A stretch of 63,863 nucleotides of DNA, filler included, from Neoconidiobolus thromboides FSU 785 (GCA_025603075.1; 4 parts of 4 records of this genome joined end to end with filler, not necessarily neighbours in it), one strand, 5' to 3'. Counted from the whole stretch's first letter, positions 25,189 to 40,968 are shown. The notes: a model not told the origin generated them from the letters alone. A program made the numbers and translations.

Positions 25189-26082
25189 ATGTTAGCAAAT
25201 ATACTATTATTATTATTAACCCATTTCATCAGTATTACTAATGCTCAAGGCGGTATGGGAAGAGTAGTAAATGGGGTCAATGTAAGACCAGCATTTAAAT
25301 ATAATTTTATGGTTGCTATATTCAATAATGGCAATTTTATATGTGGAGGTAGTTTAATAACGCCCTATCATGTATTAACAGCAGCGCATTGTTTTCCCTA
25401 TGATAACTATGATCGTAAAGTTTTAGATAGTTATGAGATACAATATCATCGTCATGATATTGGTCAAAGTATTGAAAAAGAAAACGGAGTTGCCTTTAAA
25501 GTACAGAAAGTTTTCAATCATCCTAAGTTCGAGCCCGTGAATTTATATTATGATAGTATAATTATTTTGGTTTTTTATTGTTTATTTATATTTATTTATT
25601 ATTTAGTTTCGATTGTCAAATTAAATAAAAAAGCCCCCGAAAATCCACGTGTAGTGTTAGACAGCAATACGATGTATAAAGAACAACAATTATTTTTAGT
25701 TACTGGATGGGGATCATCAGAGGTAGGTGGAGGGGCTACAGCAATTTTACAAGAAGCTATAATGCCAGTTTATAATCGACAATATTGTATAGATACGTAT
25801 CAAAACATTTTAAAATATAAAGTTATGGAAAATCAATTATGTGTTGGTTATCGTGGTGGTGATAAAGACACTTGTCAAGGGGATTCTGGTGGTCCTTTAT
25901 TTGGGTTTAGAAACGGTATTCCTGTTATTGTAGGGATTACTTCAAACGGTATTTCTTGTGCTAGACCTAATACACCTGGGGTAATATTTTTGTAATTTTT
26001 ATAGTTTGTTTTTAATTTTTTTTAGTTGTATACTACTGTATCTTTGTATCGTGACTGGATAAAATCCATCTTAGTAAGATAA
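25189..26082 (+). CDS. Secreted trypsin-like serine protease (S1A), 265 aa
   Basis: Signal peptide, R/VVNG activation site, CGGSL, LTAAHC, YDISIVKL after splicing 25556-25606, DTCQGDSGGP (Asp S1 pocket); second intron 25981-26025. Confidence 0.95.
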
Positions 26083-26168
26083 GGTTAATATAGTAAATAA
26101 ACAAGTAAATGAACAAATAAATAAAAATATTCATATTATTAAAACTGTTTAATGATTATTACAATAAC

Positions 26169-28060
26169 TCAAATAAGTTTTTTCTTTGAAAGTATTTTTT
26201 GAGTATTGGATTTAAGAGAATTAAAACATTTTTCTAATTCTTTAGTAGTGAGGGCAATTGAAACATTAAATCGAATTGATGGCTGGATAGTTTTGATTTC
26301 CTGAGTAGGGTGATATTTAGCTCTTGATGTCATTACTCCATCTTTTAAGCACTAAAGTACAATTTGAATATATTAACTTTATAAATAAATATCTATTTAC
26401 CTCGTCAACAATTTCTTGAAGTAATTTTGATTCTTCTAATATAGAATAGTTAGCGATTAAATGTTTTTGAATTCTAATGTGAAGTAATGGAGAGTTCATA
26501 AACTCAGTGCCATCTAATGGCACAAAATGTGGGCAATTATTTAACAATTTCTTAATGATTGAAATATTTTCTCTCAATTTGAGCAATTTGGCTGGCCCTT
26601 CCTCAGTTAATTCTTTAATTCCTTCAATATCAGTTACTGTTAATGCTGCTGGTAATGAGGCTGAGAATACATAACTCTGTCCTGCTAAACGCTATTTAAA
26701 TTGATGAATAAATAATTATATGGACAAAATGCTACTATTCTTACTTGTCTTTCAACAATATCTGCTGTAGAAGCTGCAAACCCACCAGATCCAGAAACTG
26801 AATTAGTAAGTGAACCAGAAATGATATCAATATCCGTAATCTAATTATGAAATTAATTCCATACAGTTTTAAATTGATTCATTATACTTACAGGTAAACC
26901 GAAATGTTCAGAAATCCCCTTACCTCTTGAACCAAGAATACCAAAAGAAATAGATTCGTCTATAATTAAACGATACTTATATTCGTATTTTAATTTGACT
27001 AATTCTGGAAGCGGACAAAGATCACCAGTATTATAGAAGATTCCTTCAGTTATTAAAAATCTTCTTGATACTAATCTTCCAGGTTTCTTTTTATCCTCTA
27101 AACGTACTTCTTCCATAATTCTTTTTAAATCTTCCATATCATTATGTTTAAAATAACGCACATTTGAGCGTGAAATTTGTACTCCTTTTTGGATTGAAAA
27201 GTTTACCCCATCATCACTATATCTAAATTAATAAAGTCATTTTTATAAAAAAATTATATTACCAAATAATAAAATCCCCTCTTTTAGAGAAACATGGAAT
27301 AACAGAAGATAATGTCGAAAAACCTTGGCTGTATAAAATAGCACCTTCAGTGCCTAGAAAGTTAGCAATATCTTGTTCCAATTGTACATGAAGGTCTTAA
27401 TAAATTAATAAAAGCTATATTATGTTTTTTAAATAAAATTACCTAATGTTCCATAAAAACCAGTTGGGCCACAGGTACCTACACCATATTCTTGTACTGT
27501 CTCAATAGCTTTAGTCTAAAATAATAAATAAAGTATACCATAGTGTTATTGTAAAGGTTACTTTAATTTTATCCGAGTTTAGCATATTTAAAAAGTTGAA
27601 ATTAGCAATGTTTAAATAAGTTTTTCCATCTTTTGATTTTTGTTTAGAAGAAAAAGGGCTAAAAATGAAGTTAAAGCATTAACAAAGAATTACAAAAGAC
27701 AAACACCTACCCAGTAACAACAGGAATAGAGTTTAACTCAAATTTTTCCATCTCACTTAACTCTTCACTTAAAGGTTCTGGTTGCCAATCTGTGACAAGT
27801 TCGTCAATTTCTCCTTCAGTTAATTTGATTTCATTAGAATTAATACGATATGCTTTAGCAAATACATAATGTAAAGCAAAGAAAATTAAAAATAATTCTA
27901 AAATGGTAGGGATAGGATCATTCTGATGACTATCATATAAATATTTCCAAAATCTTTTAGAAAATGGAATACTTTCAGTAAGATAAGCTAAATAAGTAAT
28001 TACTCGATAAAAAATCGATTCTTGGCCCGGAATCTGACTGCTGTCCTGTAATAAATCCAT
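26169..28060 (-). CDS. LCB1: Serine palmitoyltransferase subunit 1 (multi-exon)
   Basis: [37 protein letters not shown]; [13 protein letters not shown] lacks the PLP lysine, as in LCB1 and unlike LCB2. Confidence 0.93.
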
Positions 28061-28502
28061 AGTTATTTTTTAATTAAGTTAAAAAATATTAATTAAAATC
28101 TAAAGTTAATCCAACTTTATAATCTTGAGGTTGGCTTCGTTTTTTGAAACCAATTAAATGGTTCGACTTCCCCACTTTTATTCCCGGTTTTTAAGGTGAT
28201 TTGCTTGAACTATTTTGTACTTTAACTTCTACATGACAATAAGTTCTGATTTAAAGTGTTCATTTTATAATTAGCATAAAATATAGAAAAAGTCATTAAC
28301 TAAATAGCGTTTTTTGTTAACAATGATTACTAAATTGATCAAAAGTTAATAAAAACCATAAAGTAGATAGAGATACAAAAATTACATCACTATATTATTT
28401 AAAATGTTAACTACATTTATTAACATTTAAACTTGTATTAAAGATTTTCATAAAAACACGTTAATAATTTAAAATTCTAAGTTTATTTAAAAGATTATTA
28501 AT

Positions 28503-29626
28503 CTATAGCATCTTTTTAACAGATTTGATAATATCACTGAAATTGTCTTTAATATAGCTCTTTGCAAGCTTACTACTTTCATCTAAAACTTGATCCTGAA
28601 TCCCTTTAAGAGCAACTAGTTTTGCATTAAATTCTTCACCATTATACTCATTAAGGATCATTTCATCAGCAGTAGGGCCTAAAATGACATTACTAGTAGC
28701 AGCCAAAATTTTCCCGGCATATGGAATAGCATCAAGACCTTTAACTAGAGCTTCTCTCATAATTTCTAATGCTCTGTTGTTGTAAGCCATTTTGGATGTA
28801 TTGATCATCGGTAAATTCCTAAGACATGAATCTAAAGTAGAGGCTTTGTTGGAATCCATGTTTGCTCTACAGAAATAGCCACGGCCAGTATCAAACCCAT
28901 TGCCCGCAAGCCCACAAATAGATCGAGTTTCCATGTTTGGTATTAATTTAAAGCAATTACTAAAATCGTATTCCTTGGCAGTAGTCCGTAATACATCATT
29001 AGCCAAAAGACAAATCTTATCAACGCTTAATACATGATTATTGGATTGGATTGGATTGGATTGTTTGAGCATTTTTATTGTAAAGATTAGTGTTGTTTAA
29101 GATCTTAGCAACTATACTTTCAGTCATTTTGATTTGGAATACTTGCCGATAATTTTGATCATCGGGGTGTAAGTTATTCATAGGAACAATAATGGATCTT
29201 AAACCTTGCCTTAAATCCACCGAGAGATAATTCGAAGCACCAATATTAGGACCAATAAATAAATAATCTCTCTCTTTATGTGTCGAAGTAAGATCCATAG
29301 CAATCAAATTTTTTGTTTCACTAATTGAATCGGTAGTCTTTACTCGAAATTCGTCAGTACAACATTGACGACATGTTACACAGCATTTTTCTGAATCTCG
29401 AAGACAGCTTTTTCCGTCATACCATTTCTCGGATACTCCATCTTTTCCTACTCTTGGTAACCAATGATGTAATGGCTGTCAATTACGTTGATATTTTGGT
29501 GATATATCAACTTCAAACCATACACTATCAGAGTCAATTTTATAGCAATTTTTATCTAAGTTAACCCAAGCGGATCTTGGCTTAAAGTAGTAGTAACAAA
29601 AAAAAGAATGATAAAGTAGTAAACAT
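28503..29626 (-). pseudogene. Disrupted Cys-rich orphan gene (~370 aa if repaired)
   Basis: ATG 29626 with hydrophobic N-terminus; frameshift near A8 tract 29598-29605; in-frame TGA 29479-29481; frameshift at (TTGGA)4 29041-29063 between ORFs 29038-29307 and 28503-29072. Confidence 0.6.
29041..29063. repeat. Pentanucleotide microsatellite (TTGGA)4 inside a coding frame
   Basis: ttggattggattggattggattg. Confidence 0.95.
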
Positions 29627-30566
29627 TTGATCTTTTTAAATATTTTCGATACATCTCAGTTTCGTATATATAGTATTTTTGTATATTCTGAATACTATAT
29701 ATAAAATAAATGTCAAGTATAACTCAGGATCCTAGTTTAATAATAAAAGCTAACAATAGGTTAAATAAGCATCGGATAGATAAACAAAGTCCTTCTGAAA
29801 TAGCCAAGGCTCTAAAATGAGCATAAAAATAAAAAAGTAGTACAGGTACTTTTACATTTTAAATATTACGATCTAAAATATAATGGTACTTTTGTTTTTT
29901 TCACCGTGTGGAAAATTCAATTCTTAATAAAATGAGTATTAATAAATTTTTCAAAAGCCATGCAAAATTACCCTAGTGCTTTACCTATATGCATTATCCG
30001 ATTTACTACTATTGAAAAATATTACAATATTTTATTTTTGATCCCAAATTGATATTACTTATTAGATCTATTAGCAATTACTCTGTTCACTATGACTGCT
30101 TACCTTATATTTGTATCAATAAAGTACTTGGGATTTATAACTCTTCCAGATTTCATAAGTAATAACGTTGTTAGACTTAGGTCAATACCAATTATTAAAG
30201 CACACAGCTTATTTTAATATTATTATTAAATTTCAAACCTTTGCTATTTATAGTCAATTGATTATAAAACTGGATCGGAATTCTAACTCATGTTTTCAAA
30301 CTAAAATAATATTGTTAGTATTTTAATTATACGAAATCCGTAAATATAGATTGTATGATGTATATTTTTCAGTGCTCTATTTTAGTCTAAAAGGTGCTAT
30401 GGTATAATTAAAATTGCATGAATTTAATTTAAAATATTTAAAGACCAGAAATCAAGAGCAATGTTTTTATATTTAGTAAAAATAGATTAAAAGTTTACTA
30501 ATTTAATAATAAGATTTATTAAATCATAAGGAAAAGCTAGCCTTGAATATCATTTTAAATTCATAT

Positions 30567-30659
30567 GAGGGTGTTTTTTTGACTTTATTACTCTTCTATT
30601 TTTTAAGTGCTACTTGAGTAAAAAGATTACCAGCAAAATTCTTAAAAAAGTACATCCTT
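30567..30659 (+). mobile_element. MITE family 1 (older copy)
   Basis: atat-gagggtg...tacatcctt; central AGTGCT. Confidence 0.8.
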
Positions 30660-30754
30660 ATTTGATTTCTATTTTTTTCCTATAGTTATAAAAAGTTAAA
30701 AATAATATAGAGTAAGCCAAATTAAACTGTTTTTGTTGTAAAACTTGACAATAT

Positions 30755-30953
30755 GGGAATGTTTTTTTGACTTCATTATTTTTTCCATTTTTTGAGCGCT
30801 GTTTAAGCGGAAAAGTTATTAGTAAAATTCTTAAATGGGGATGTTTTTTTTGGTTTCGTTATTTTTCCATTTTTTAAGCGCTATTTGAGTGAAAAGATGT
30901 TGGTAAAATTCTTAAACAAAAAAATACATCCCCAAATACAAAAATACATCCCC
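30755..30953 (+). mobile_element. MITE family 1 host copy containing a nested copy
   Basis: ATAT TSDs 30751-30754 and 30954-30957; interrupted at aaat in its 3' part. Confidence 0.9.
30837..30933 (+). mobile_element. MITE family 1 nested copy, TSD AAAT
   Basis: aaat(30833-30836)-ggggatg...catcccc-aaat(30934-30937). Confidence 0.93.
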
Positions 30954-31145
30954 ATATTCTAAAAGTTTGATATGAACATGATTTAAGTCTTATTTTTATT
31001 CTTTACTTGAATTGATAACAAAAATTAGTAGATTAGGTCCATATTTTCATATAACCCTTAAAGTATCATATTTAATTTTTCACTATAGAATTCTAAGTTG
31101 AGTTTTATTAACTAATTTCAATATTCAAAAACTGATGTATTAAGT

Positions 31146-31243
31146 GGGGATGTATTTTTGTATTCAAGAATTTTACTAACAATTTTTTCACTCAGGTAGT
31201 ACTTAAAAGATGGAAAAAGTAACAAAGTTAAAAAAACATTCCT
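31146..31243 (-). mobile_element. MITE family 1, TSD AAGT
   Basis: aagt-ggggatgta...acattcct-aagt. Confidence 0.88.
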
Positions 31244-31366
31244 AAGTACTAAAAAGCTTATCTCAAATCAAATAAAGCTTCAATAAGTTCAAAACTCATT
31301 TTCAAAATCTTTATTTAAAGATTCATTAGATATAGTTCAATTGAGCTTTTATTTGAAATTTCCCCT

Positions 31367-33147
<1,781 letters not shown>

Positions 33148-33615
33148 TGAGATAATAGAATATTAATAATAAAGAGTATTTAAAATTAATTATAGTTGAT
33201 TATTTTATTTTGACATTTTATTATTATTTTTATTTAAAGTTAATTGGTTTTATTTCACTTTTTTTTTGATTTCGTAAACGGATGACCAAATGGTTAATAA
33301 TGATTGGTGTTCCTAATTTGTTAATTTACTTAATATTTTTAGTAAGTTGAAAATAAATCCAGTTTAGTTAAGTAAATGGCATTCACTTCCTTTTTTGTTA
33401 TTTAAGTAGACTATTTTATTTAAATTGGGCTTAGAATATTATTTTAACAGTTAAATTCTATTTAAAGTTGAAAATTTATACAATACCATTTGTTATTGTT
33501 AAAATATAACAAGGTTTATATATTATGATAATTTAGTACTTTAAATAAAATGACTAAAAATCATTTAATGTTAATAAAATTTATTATAGAAAAAACAAAG
33601 CATTATAAAGCATAT

Positions 33616-33714
33616 GGGGATGTTTTTTTTGGCTTCATTATTTTTTCCATCTTTTGAGCGCTATTTGAGTGGAAAAATTGTTAGTAAAATTCTTAAATAC
33701 AAAAACACATCCCC
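33616..33714 (+). mobile_element. MITE family 1, near-consensus copy
   Basis: atat-ggggatgtttt...acacatcccc-atat. Confidence 0.93.
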
Positions 33715-33994
33715 ATATACTAAATTAATATCAATTAATAGAAATTTCTTTATAATATATATCATTGATCCTTTTAAAGTAAGATATAATATAAATACAA
33801 AATAAAAGTTTAATTGAAAATTAAGTTTTTTAATATTATTCACTTTATTAAATTTAAAGACAAATTAAAATAAAGAATTCTTATCTAACAAGGACAATAA
33901 TATTTTGATTAATATATTTTAATAAAACCTAAGTTCAATTAATCCTTTCACTTTACTAATCTCATTTAACTTTTAACTTTAACTATCCCAGCTT

Positions 33995-35920
33995 CTACTC
34001 CTCACTCTTTTTCTTCCCTTCCAAATACTTTTCTAATGCATTATCTACTTCTTCTTTTGAAATTTTCAATTGATTTATATTAACAAAGTATTTTTTTAGT
34101 TGTTGATTCCAATTAACGTTCAAGAATTGTGGTATCACCTCTTGAACCAAATAAATTCGATCTTTAACTTCTTGAAAAGACAATTTCCATTGCTGTTTTG
34201 TATTGATTTTTCCCACAACTTCATCTAACTCCAACGACCTCAATCCTTGTTTCAATATAAAAATAACCCGAATAGATTGTATAATATCGGGTAATTGGGA
34301 GATTTTTACCATTATTTTCTCATATTCCTGTTGTTTTTCTTGAGATACTTTTAATTTCTTTTTTTCTTCCTTTTTTTGGGATAGCTCAGCTTCAAATTCT
34401 TTTCGAATTCGTTCAATTTCTAATCGATTTCTTTCATATGCTGCTTTGGATCTTTTGTTTGCTTCATCTAAAGCAGTACCTTTTGATTTAATTTCATCTG
34501 AATCTGTTGTTTGTTTCTAATATAATAAATAAAATAAAGTAAAATTTATTAATTGCAATTACCTTTTCCATAGTATTTTGTTTAAACTTTTGATACATTT
34601 TATCATAAATACTTAATTTGTTATTATTGTTATTTGATTTTACACTAGAAAACATATTTCTCTAAAAAAACGTAACAAATTAATATTAAATAAATGACTA
34701 TTTCCACTTACTGTTCTATCCGTAAAAGATAATTTAGCTTTAATTGGAGGTAAAGTTCTATTAATAGTTTTTCTGGCTGGAAGTGATTTTATAGGTATAT
34801 TTTCAATTTGATCTAAATCAAATTCAATATACCATTGCTTTGGTAATCCATCCTCAACAGGGATATTAATATTTTTTAAATATTCCTAATAATAATTAAT
34901 ATTGTTATTTTATTAATCTAATTGATTATCATATTTACATTGTGTTCTTTTTTGACATAAAATAATAATTTAAGATGCAATAATCGACTTAAAACATCTA
35001 CTTTATCTGCTGGAAATATAATTGTATTTTCCTTTTTTTGAGAGCCAATATTTAAACTTGGTACTTTAATAATATAAGAATAAATCACTTTTTGATGAAT
35101 TAAAGTTTCAATAGGTTCAAATTTAAATAACTTAGGAAACAAATAATTCATTCTTTCTAATTGAACTAAATCAAAACTCCTGAGAAAAACAGAATTAATT
35201 ATTATTATTGAGCTATGAAAATTTCTAAAAAAACTTTACCTCCTGCTTATATCTTCTACTGCTTTCTGACAAGTTGCAAAATTAAATACACTACCAATAC
35301 CATGATTATATAATATTACTGTAAACATAGCTCGAAAATTTTTTAATAATCCTTCCAGTGAATAAGGTAATTTTAAGTTATCAATTAGTGATAAATCTAT
35401 TTTTTTAATATATTCATTTAACTCTTGTTCATACTTTACAAAATCAAGATCAATGTTTTCTTCTTCTTGTTTTAACCTTAAAATCGTAAAATTATATTTT
35501 TGAAATTTGACTAAAAGCGATACGACTTACTCTTCTACTTTATCTATGAATATTTTTTCTTCATCTAAAGGTAATGAGATGGGTGTTTCTAATTCATTTA
35601 ATGGTTTATTATCTTCCTTTCCTATTTTTAACGTTTCATTAATAGTAGAATTTGACTCGATACTTGAGATTATATCCAACTAACAAAATAATGTTAAATA
35701 AGTTGAATTAACTATACAACTTCTAAACTGTTTTTACTTACCTCTTCTTTTTTAATGACTTGTTTTTTAACATTGATGGCTTTTTCATCTAATTTATCAT
35801 TCGCTCGTTTCTTTTTATTTACCTAATGAATTTTATAAGCTAAAATCAAAAACATGGTGCTCTTATTACATCTTTAGTTTCCATTAAAACAATCTGCTCC
35901 TTTACTACTTCATCTTTCAT
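33995..35920 (-). CDS. CDT1: DNA replication licensing factor Cdt1-like (multi-exon)
   Basis: LPYSLEGLLKNFRAM..QKAVEDISRR-SFDLVQLERMNYLFP (middle winged-helix domain); C-terminal QLPDIIQSIRVIF..LELDEVVGKI; N-terminal exons less certain. Confidence 0.7.
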
Positions 35921-36747
35921 TTTTTTTAAAAGTGTTAAAGATTAATTTCTAATTTGATTTTTTAAGCTAATTAAATTGAAAAGATAAAGAATTCCAATTA
36001 GTAATTTAAAAAAATTGCAGTATTTAGGAATTAACTTAAATTATAAGCAAAAAGTTATATGAAAAGTTAGAATATAATAAATAAATAATGAATAATAAAT
36101 AGCCATAAAACATAATTCAAAAGCTGAGTTTTTAGAACTGATTAGAAATTATTCAAAAAATTCAAAGTTTTTAATATTTTTATTACATTGCAACTATAAT
36201 AAGGAAAAAATTTCAACAAACTGAGATAAAAAAGCGAGCAAAAATTGAAAACAGAAAATAAGATTTTTAATTTTATTTGCTTTTATAAAAATCATTATCT
36301 AATTAGTTCATTTTAATTTAGTCTTATTTTTCCCAAGCTATAATTGGAATGTAATAAAAATACGGTAAATTGAACTAAAGTGATATTTTTGATATTTTGA
36401 TGCTTAAAAATAAATCTTAGATTAAAATACAAGTTTTAATGCATTATATTATGTTTAGGCTAATTTATTTGTCAAAATAAAATGAAAACAATCTTCAATT
36501 GTTTAAACTTTTGTTGCCATTAAATAATATCCATTTTTAATAAAACTAGACTAAATATTCAACTTAAAAGCTTACTACTTCATTTTAATGATCTAATGTA
36601 TAAAAATTTGACTATAAATGGTAAATCTCTAACTACTGCTTTACTATATTCTTGAACTACCAATCCAATTGCTTATAATATTTAGTAGATTTTGTAAAAA
36701 TATTGACATTGAGTTAAAAATAAAGAATCACCTTTTTAAAATTTAAA

Positions 36748-39700
36748 ATGGAAAAATATCGAGAATTAATTGAGGGATTAACGGTACCTACACCAGCAGC
36801 TTTAAATGAGTTAGATCGTCTTCAATACTTAAAAGAAGGCTGGGAATTAGGGGAAATTTTATTAAATGTGGAGGTAAGTGAAAATGGAATGGAATGGAAT
36901 TAAAATATGTAAATTTAAATGAAATTCACTTTAATAGAATGATACCTGTCGATTTTATGGTGCATTAGTTTTATTAACAAAATTAAAAGGGAATTGGTAA
37001 TTATAAGATTATTATTGAATAGAGACCAAAATAAAATGGATTTATTTTATTCAGGAAAGATATCCGTACTTCTGAGAAGAAAGATAATTTAAAACGATTG
37101 TTACTTGATAAAATTCGAGAGTTTTCTTTAAGTGAACAAGTATCTGATATGGTGTTAATTAAATTACTATCCACGGTAACTAGAACAATTATTAGAATTA
37201 ACTTCTCAATTAATAATAAATTTTAACCTCAATTTAGACAATAGCCTTAATATTTCAATACAATGGGGATGAATTGTTGAGTAATTTATTGGAAATCATA
37301 GCATTATTTGATTCATTATCAATGGAAAACCCATTAAGAATTGAATTAATCAAATTAAAATATTTAACAATATTACCTGAAGATTATGCTAAAGATTTAA
37401 TTATTAGTGCTCAAAAGTAAGCCACTTATTTTAATTTTCATAGGCTTATATTCTTATAATTGTATAAAATTAGAAATAAATTACAAATTGCTTTAGCTCA
37501 AGGCGGAAGAGATATTGCACTTAAATTAATTGAAAAATATATCAAAGTCAATAATCAACAATTAGAACCAGCTTATGAACAACTTCGAATTAGTTCTCTA
37601 GATTGCTTATTTAGTTGGGTAGAATATGGGGTACCATCATTGTAAGTTCAACTAATTTTATTTAACTTATAATTATTAAAACAAGAGAATTCAAATAAAA
37701 TTAATATAGACTATTACCAGGAATTGTTGATAGTATAATGGAAAACTTTGCTTATGAAAATACATTTACTAAATGTATTAATATATTACAAGAAACATTG
37801 GGACATCGTAATGCTAATCAAGTTCAAGATACTTTATACAAAAAAATGAAACATATATTATATTCCAGTTTTTTAAAAAATAATGTTCATGAGGCCTTAA
37901 ATAGTAAATAAGTCAATCAAATCCCCAAATTTAAATAATAAAATAATATTAATTTTTATTTTTATAGATCAAAATGAATCCAAATGTCAATCCTTGTTAA
38001 GGTTATATTCCTTCTTTGGGGAATCGTATATACGTAAAATACTTCATGAGATGGAAAAAGTGGAAGTCAGTGTTGAATCCGAGCATCTTCAATTATTTGA
38101 GATTATATTGACTTTGATGAATTTTCCAGGTAGTTGTGGGGTAGACCAAAATATAACCCAAGAGGCCTTTGACTTTTGGAAATTATTTTTAGATGAATGT
38201 TTAGATTACACAAATATTGATGAACATGAAGACGAGAATGAAGATATTAAAGAAGGGAATCATAGTATTAAAAAAGAAATATTAAAAATTTCATTTCAAT
38301 TAGATCATATTTTATTGTTAAAAGTAAAATATCCAGAAGAAGATAATTTATTGAATTGGTCTGATGGTAATTTTTTTGTTTTATATGTATAAAATAATTG
38401 ATATTAATAAATTATTAGATGAATATAGGGAATTTGCTATGTTTCGGAATGAATGTGGGGACTTAGCTTCTGATCTACATTTTATATTAAAAGCACCTCA
38501 TGCTTATAATTACTTTAATCATTCAGCTACATTGATCAACACATTAATTAAAAATGAATTTAATACTCCCAATGCTTGGCAGGTAAATTCAAACATAGTA
38601 GCTCTACTTTATCATAATAATAATAGTTATTATTATTATAGTTATAATATAATACAATTTTAATATTTTATAAATTTAGGAATTAGAAGCTACCTTTTAT
38701 TTATTAAGAAAAATAGCTAGCGGTAGTTTAGATTTAGAAATAATACCAACAATTGAATTATTTTTTTCAACTGAATGTTGGGGTTTAGTATTTAATTCTA
38801 ATTCACCATTAGCATTTCAAAATAAATTTATAAAAAAACAAGCTTTATATTTAGCATGTAAGTAGAGTTTAATAATATTATTTATTTATTAAATCATTAT
38901 TAATATTTATTCTTTTTATAGCTTCTTATATATTTTATTATAAACATAATATACAAATCTTACGAAATGTAGTTGAAAAAGTGATCTCGTGTGCTAATCA
39001 TTTTGATACTGTGGATGCTGCTACCACTTCTTTCAGAGATATTTGTAATACAGCGGATACAGAACTATCTCAAGATTCTGAAATGTTAGTGAGTATGTTA
39101 GCTAATAGTTTAAATAACCTAAAAGTAAAATAGTTATATATATTTAATAAAAAATTAATACTTAGATTTATTTTAGTATAGAGATATGGAACGTATTATT
39201 CAATCTCTTTCGTCTATTATTGCTTCAGCTAAAGATGATCCAATGGCTATTTGTTTAAGATTAGAAGTAAGATTATATCATTTAATTATGATTTAATTAT
39301 AATTAATTAATAAAATTAATATTAGAAACTAACCAATTTCATATTGGAAAAAATTATTGAATTATTAGATATTTATATTAAAGTAAATTATTATTAAAAT
39401 TTGATTATTAAATTAATCAATTAATTAACTTAATAATTAGACTCAAAATCCAGAAACTAGTGAACAAATTGCAAGGAATTTTGGATATTTGCATTATTCT
39501 TGTAAAGGAATACGTACTGCTTCGTATATCGTTGCTGTGGATGTACCTTTATTACCAATACCAGCCGCTATTCCATATACAGAAAAAGTATTTTTAATTA
39601 CTTCCAAAGTATTAGAACTAGCAGGGAATGTAAATTCTATTGCTATGGTAAGAATTTATTTATTTTAGTTAAAATTCATATTAATAATTTTACTTTAATT

Positions 39701-40968
39701 TAATCTTTCAAAAAATAAAATAGGAAATTTCATCATTTGTAATGGAAGGTTTATTAACATTACAAATACCTACACCATTTTGTTTCCCATTAGGACCATT
39801 AACTCAACTAATATTATCAGCAATTGAAGCTTTTCCTAATTTATCTTATCTTAATGTAGCTGCACAAATTGTTTCTACTTATGGTAATAATAAGCCATCT
39901 GAAGATCATCCATTAAATATGGAACATATTAATCTTATTACTCAATTTTCAATCAAAATATTACCAATTATGTTCAACACATTGAGTAAATTGGAAAGTA
40001 AAAAAAGTAAAAAAACCCAATTCGAATATTAAATATTATTTTATTTAGATGAGGATGAATATGAAGATATTACTATTGGAATTAGTACATTCATACAAAA
40101 GGTAAAAATAATCTATTTATTTATTAATATTGATACTATTGTACCATTTTTAGTTATTAAGTAGTTCCCCCCATTCATTTTATTTATTACCTGAAGATAT
40201 AATGAAATTAATCATAAAATATATTGGTGATCATATGCAAACTCAATATCGACCAGTATTACAATCCTTAGCGAAAACAATGGTAATTTAAAAGAACAAC
40301 AATAATTATTGTTATAATTTGATGTTTTGTAAATGTTTTATAAACTTAACTACTATTTTTTAGCTTGAGTTATTTTTATTTGAAATGCGAGAAAAAATAT
40401 ATACTAAAGAATTGAATATGGAATTTTATCCCAAAATGAGAACCATTATGCAAAATGGTTATGGTTTTTTTATATTAGAAAAAATATTATTAGTAAGTCT
40501 TTAGTTATAAAAATCTTTTATATAATTTTAATTTGATAATTAATTATCTTTTACTTTTTATAAAGTGTATTGGTGGACAGATATCACGAAGCTATTTAAA
40601 ACATTTATCTGAGCCATTTAGAAAATTCTTAACTACTCATAAAGAAGAATGTAAACCTTGGTTTACTGAATTAATGGCAAGAGTAAGCTTTAATAAGTTT
40701 ATTAATTGTTATTATTAATTGTTATTATTAACCTAGGAAAATTTCCCAACCAATTTTATTACATTAGAAGCTAAAAACAAATTTATGGTCGAATTTGTAA
40801 AGTAAGTTAGTTAAACAGCCTTTATTTTTAATAATAACTTTTAAAATTATTTTTTATTACAATAGGGGTTCAATTAATTCAATGAAGTTTAAAACAATCG
40901 TTGAATATTTTTTTGCCGTTTGTGCTAATTTAGCTCAAGGAGATTATACTGAATCAATATTTCATTAA
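36748..40968 (+). CDS. Importin-beta family karyopherin, importin-13/transportin-SR-like (many introns)
   Basis: GWELGEILL..CRFYGALVLLTKLKGNW; AFDFWKLFLD; EFAMFRNECGDL; ELEATFYLLRKI; C-terminal FKTIVEYFFAVC; not every exon traced. Confidence 0.75.

Noticed and set aside
25556-25606. Hydrophobic SIIILVFYCLFIFIYYLV stretch in the trypsin ORF (similar case 59399-59449)
   Set aside because: It is a 51-nt GT-AG intron; splicing restores YDISIVKL, so it is not a TM segment.
8849-26082. P450 + peptide precursor + MFS + protease as a RiPP gene cluster
   Set aside because: Spread over 17 kb, interrupted by tubulin, LYS4 and a contig gap; the MFS is dead and there is no DUF3328.
33205-33216. Tiny uORF (ATG TCA AAA TAA) upstream of ERG10
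   Set aside because: Expected by chance in AT-rich DNA; TSS unknown.
33614-33843. Small ORFs overlapping MITEs (also 10548-10841, 20099-20299, 43919-44107)
   Set aside because: Chance reading frames through repeat sequence.
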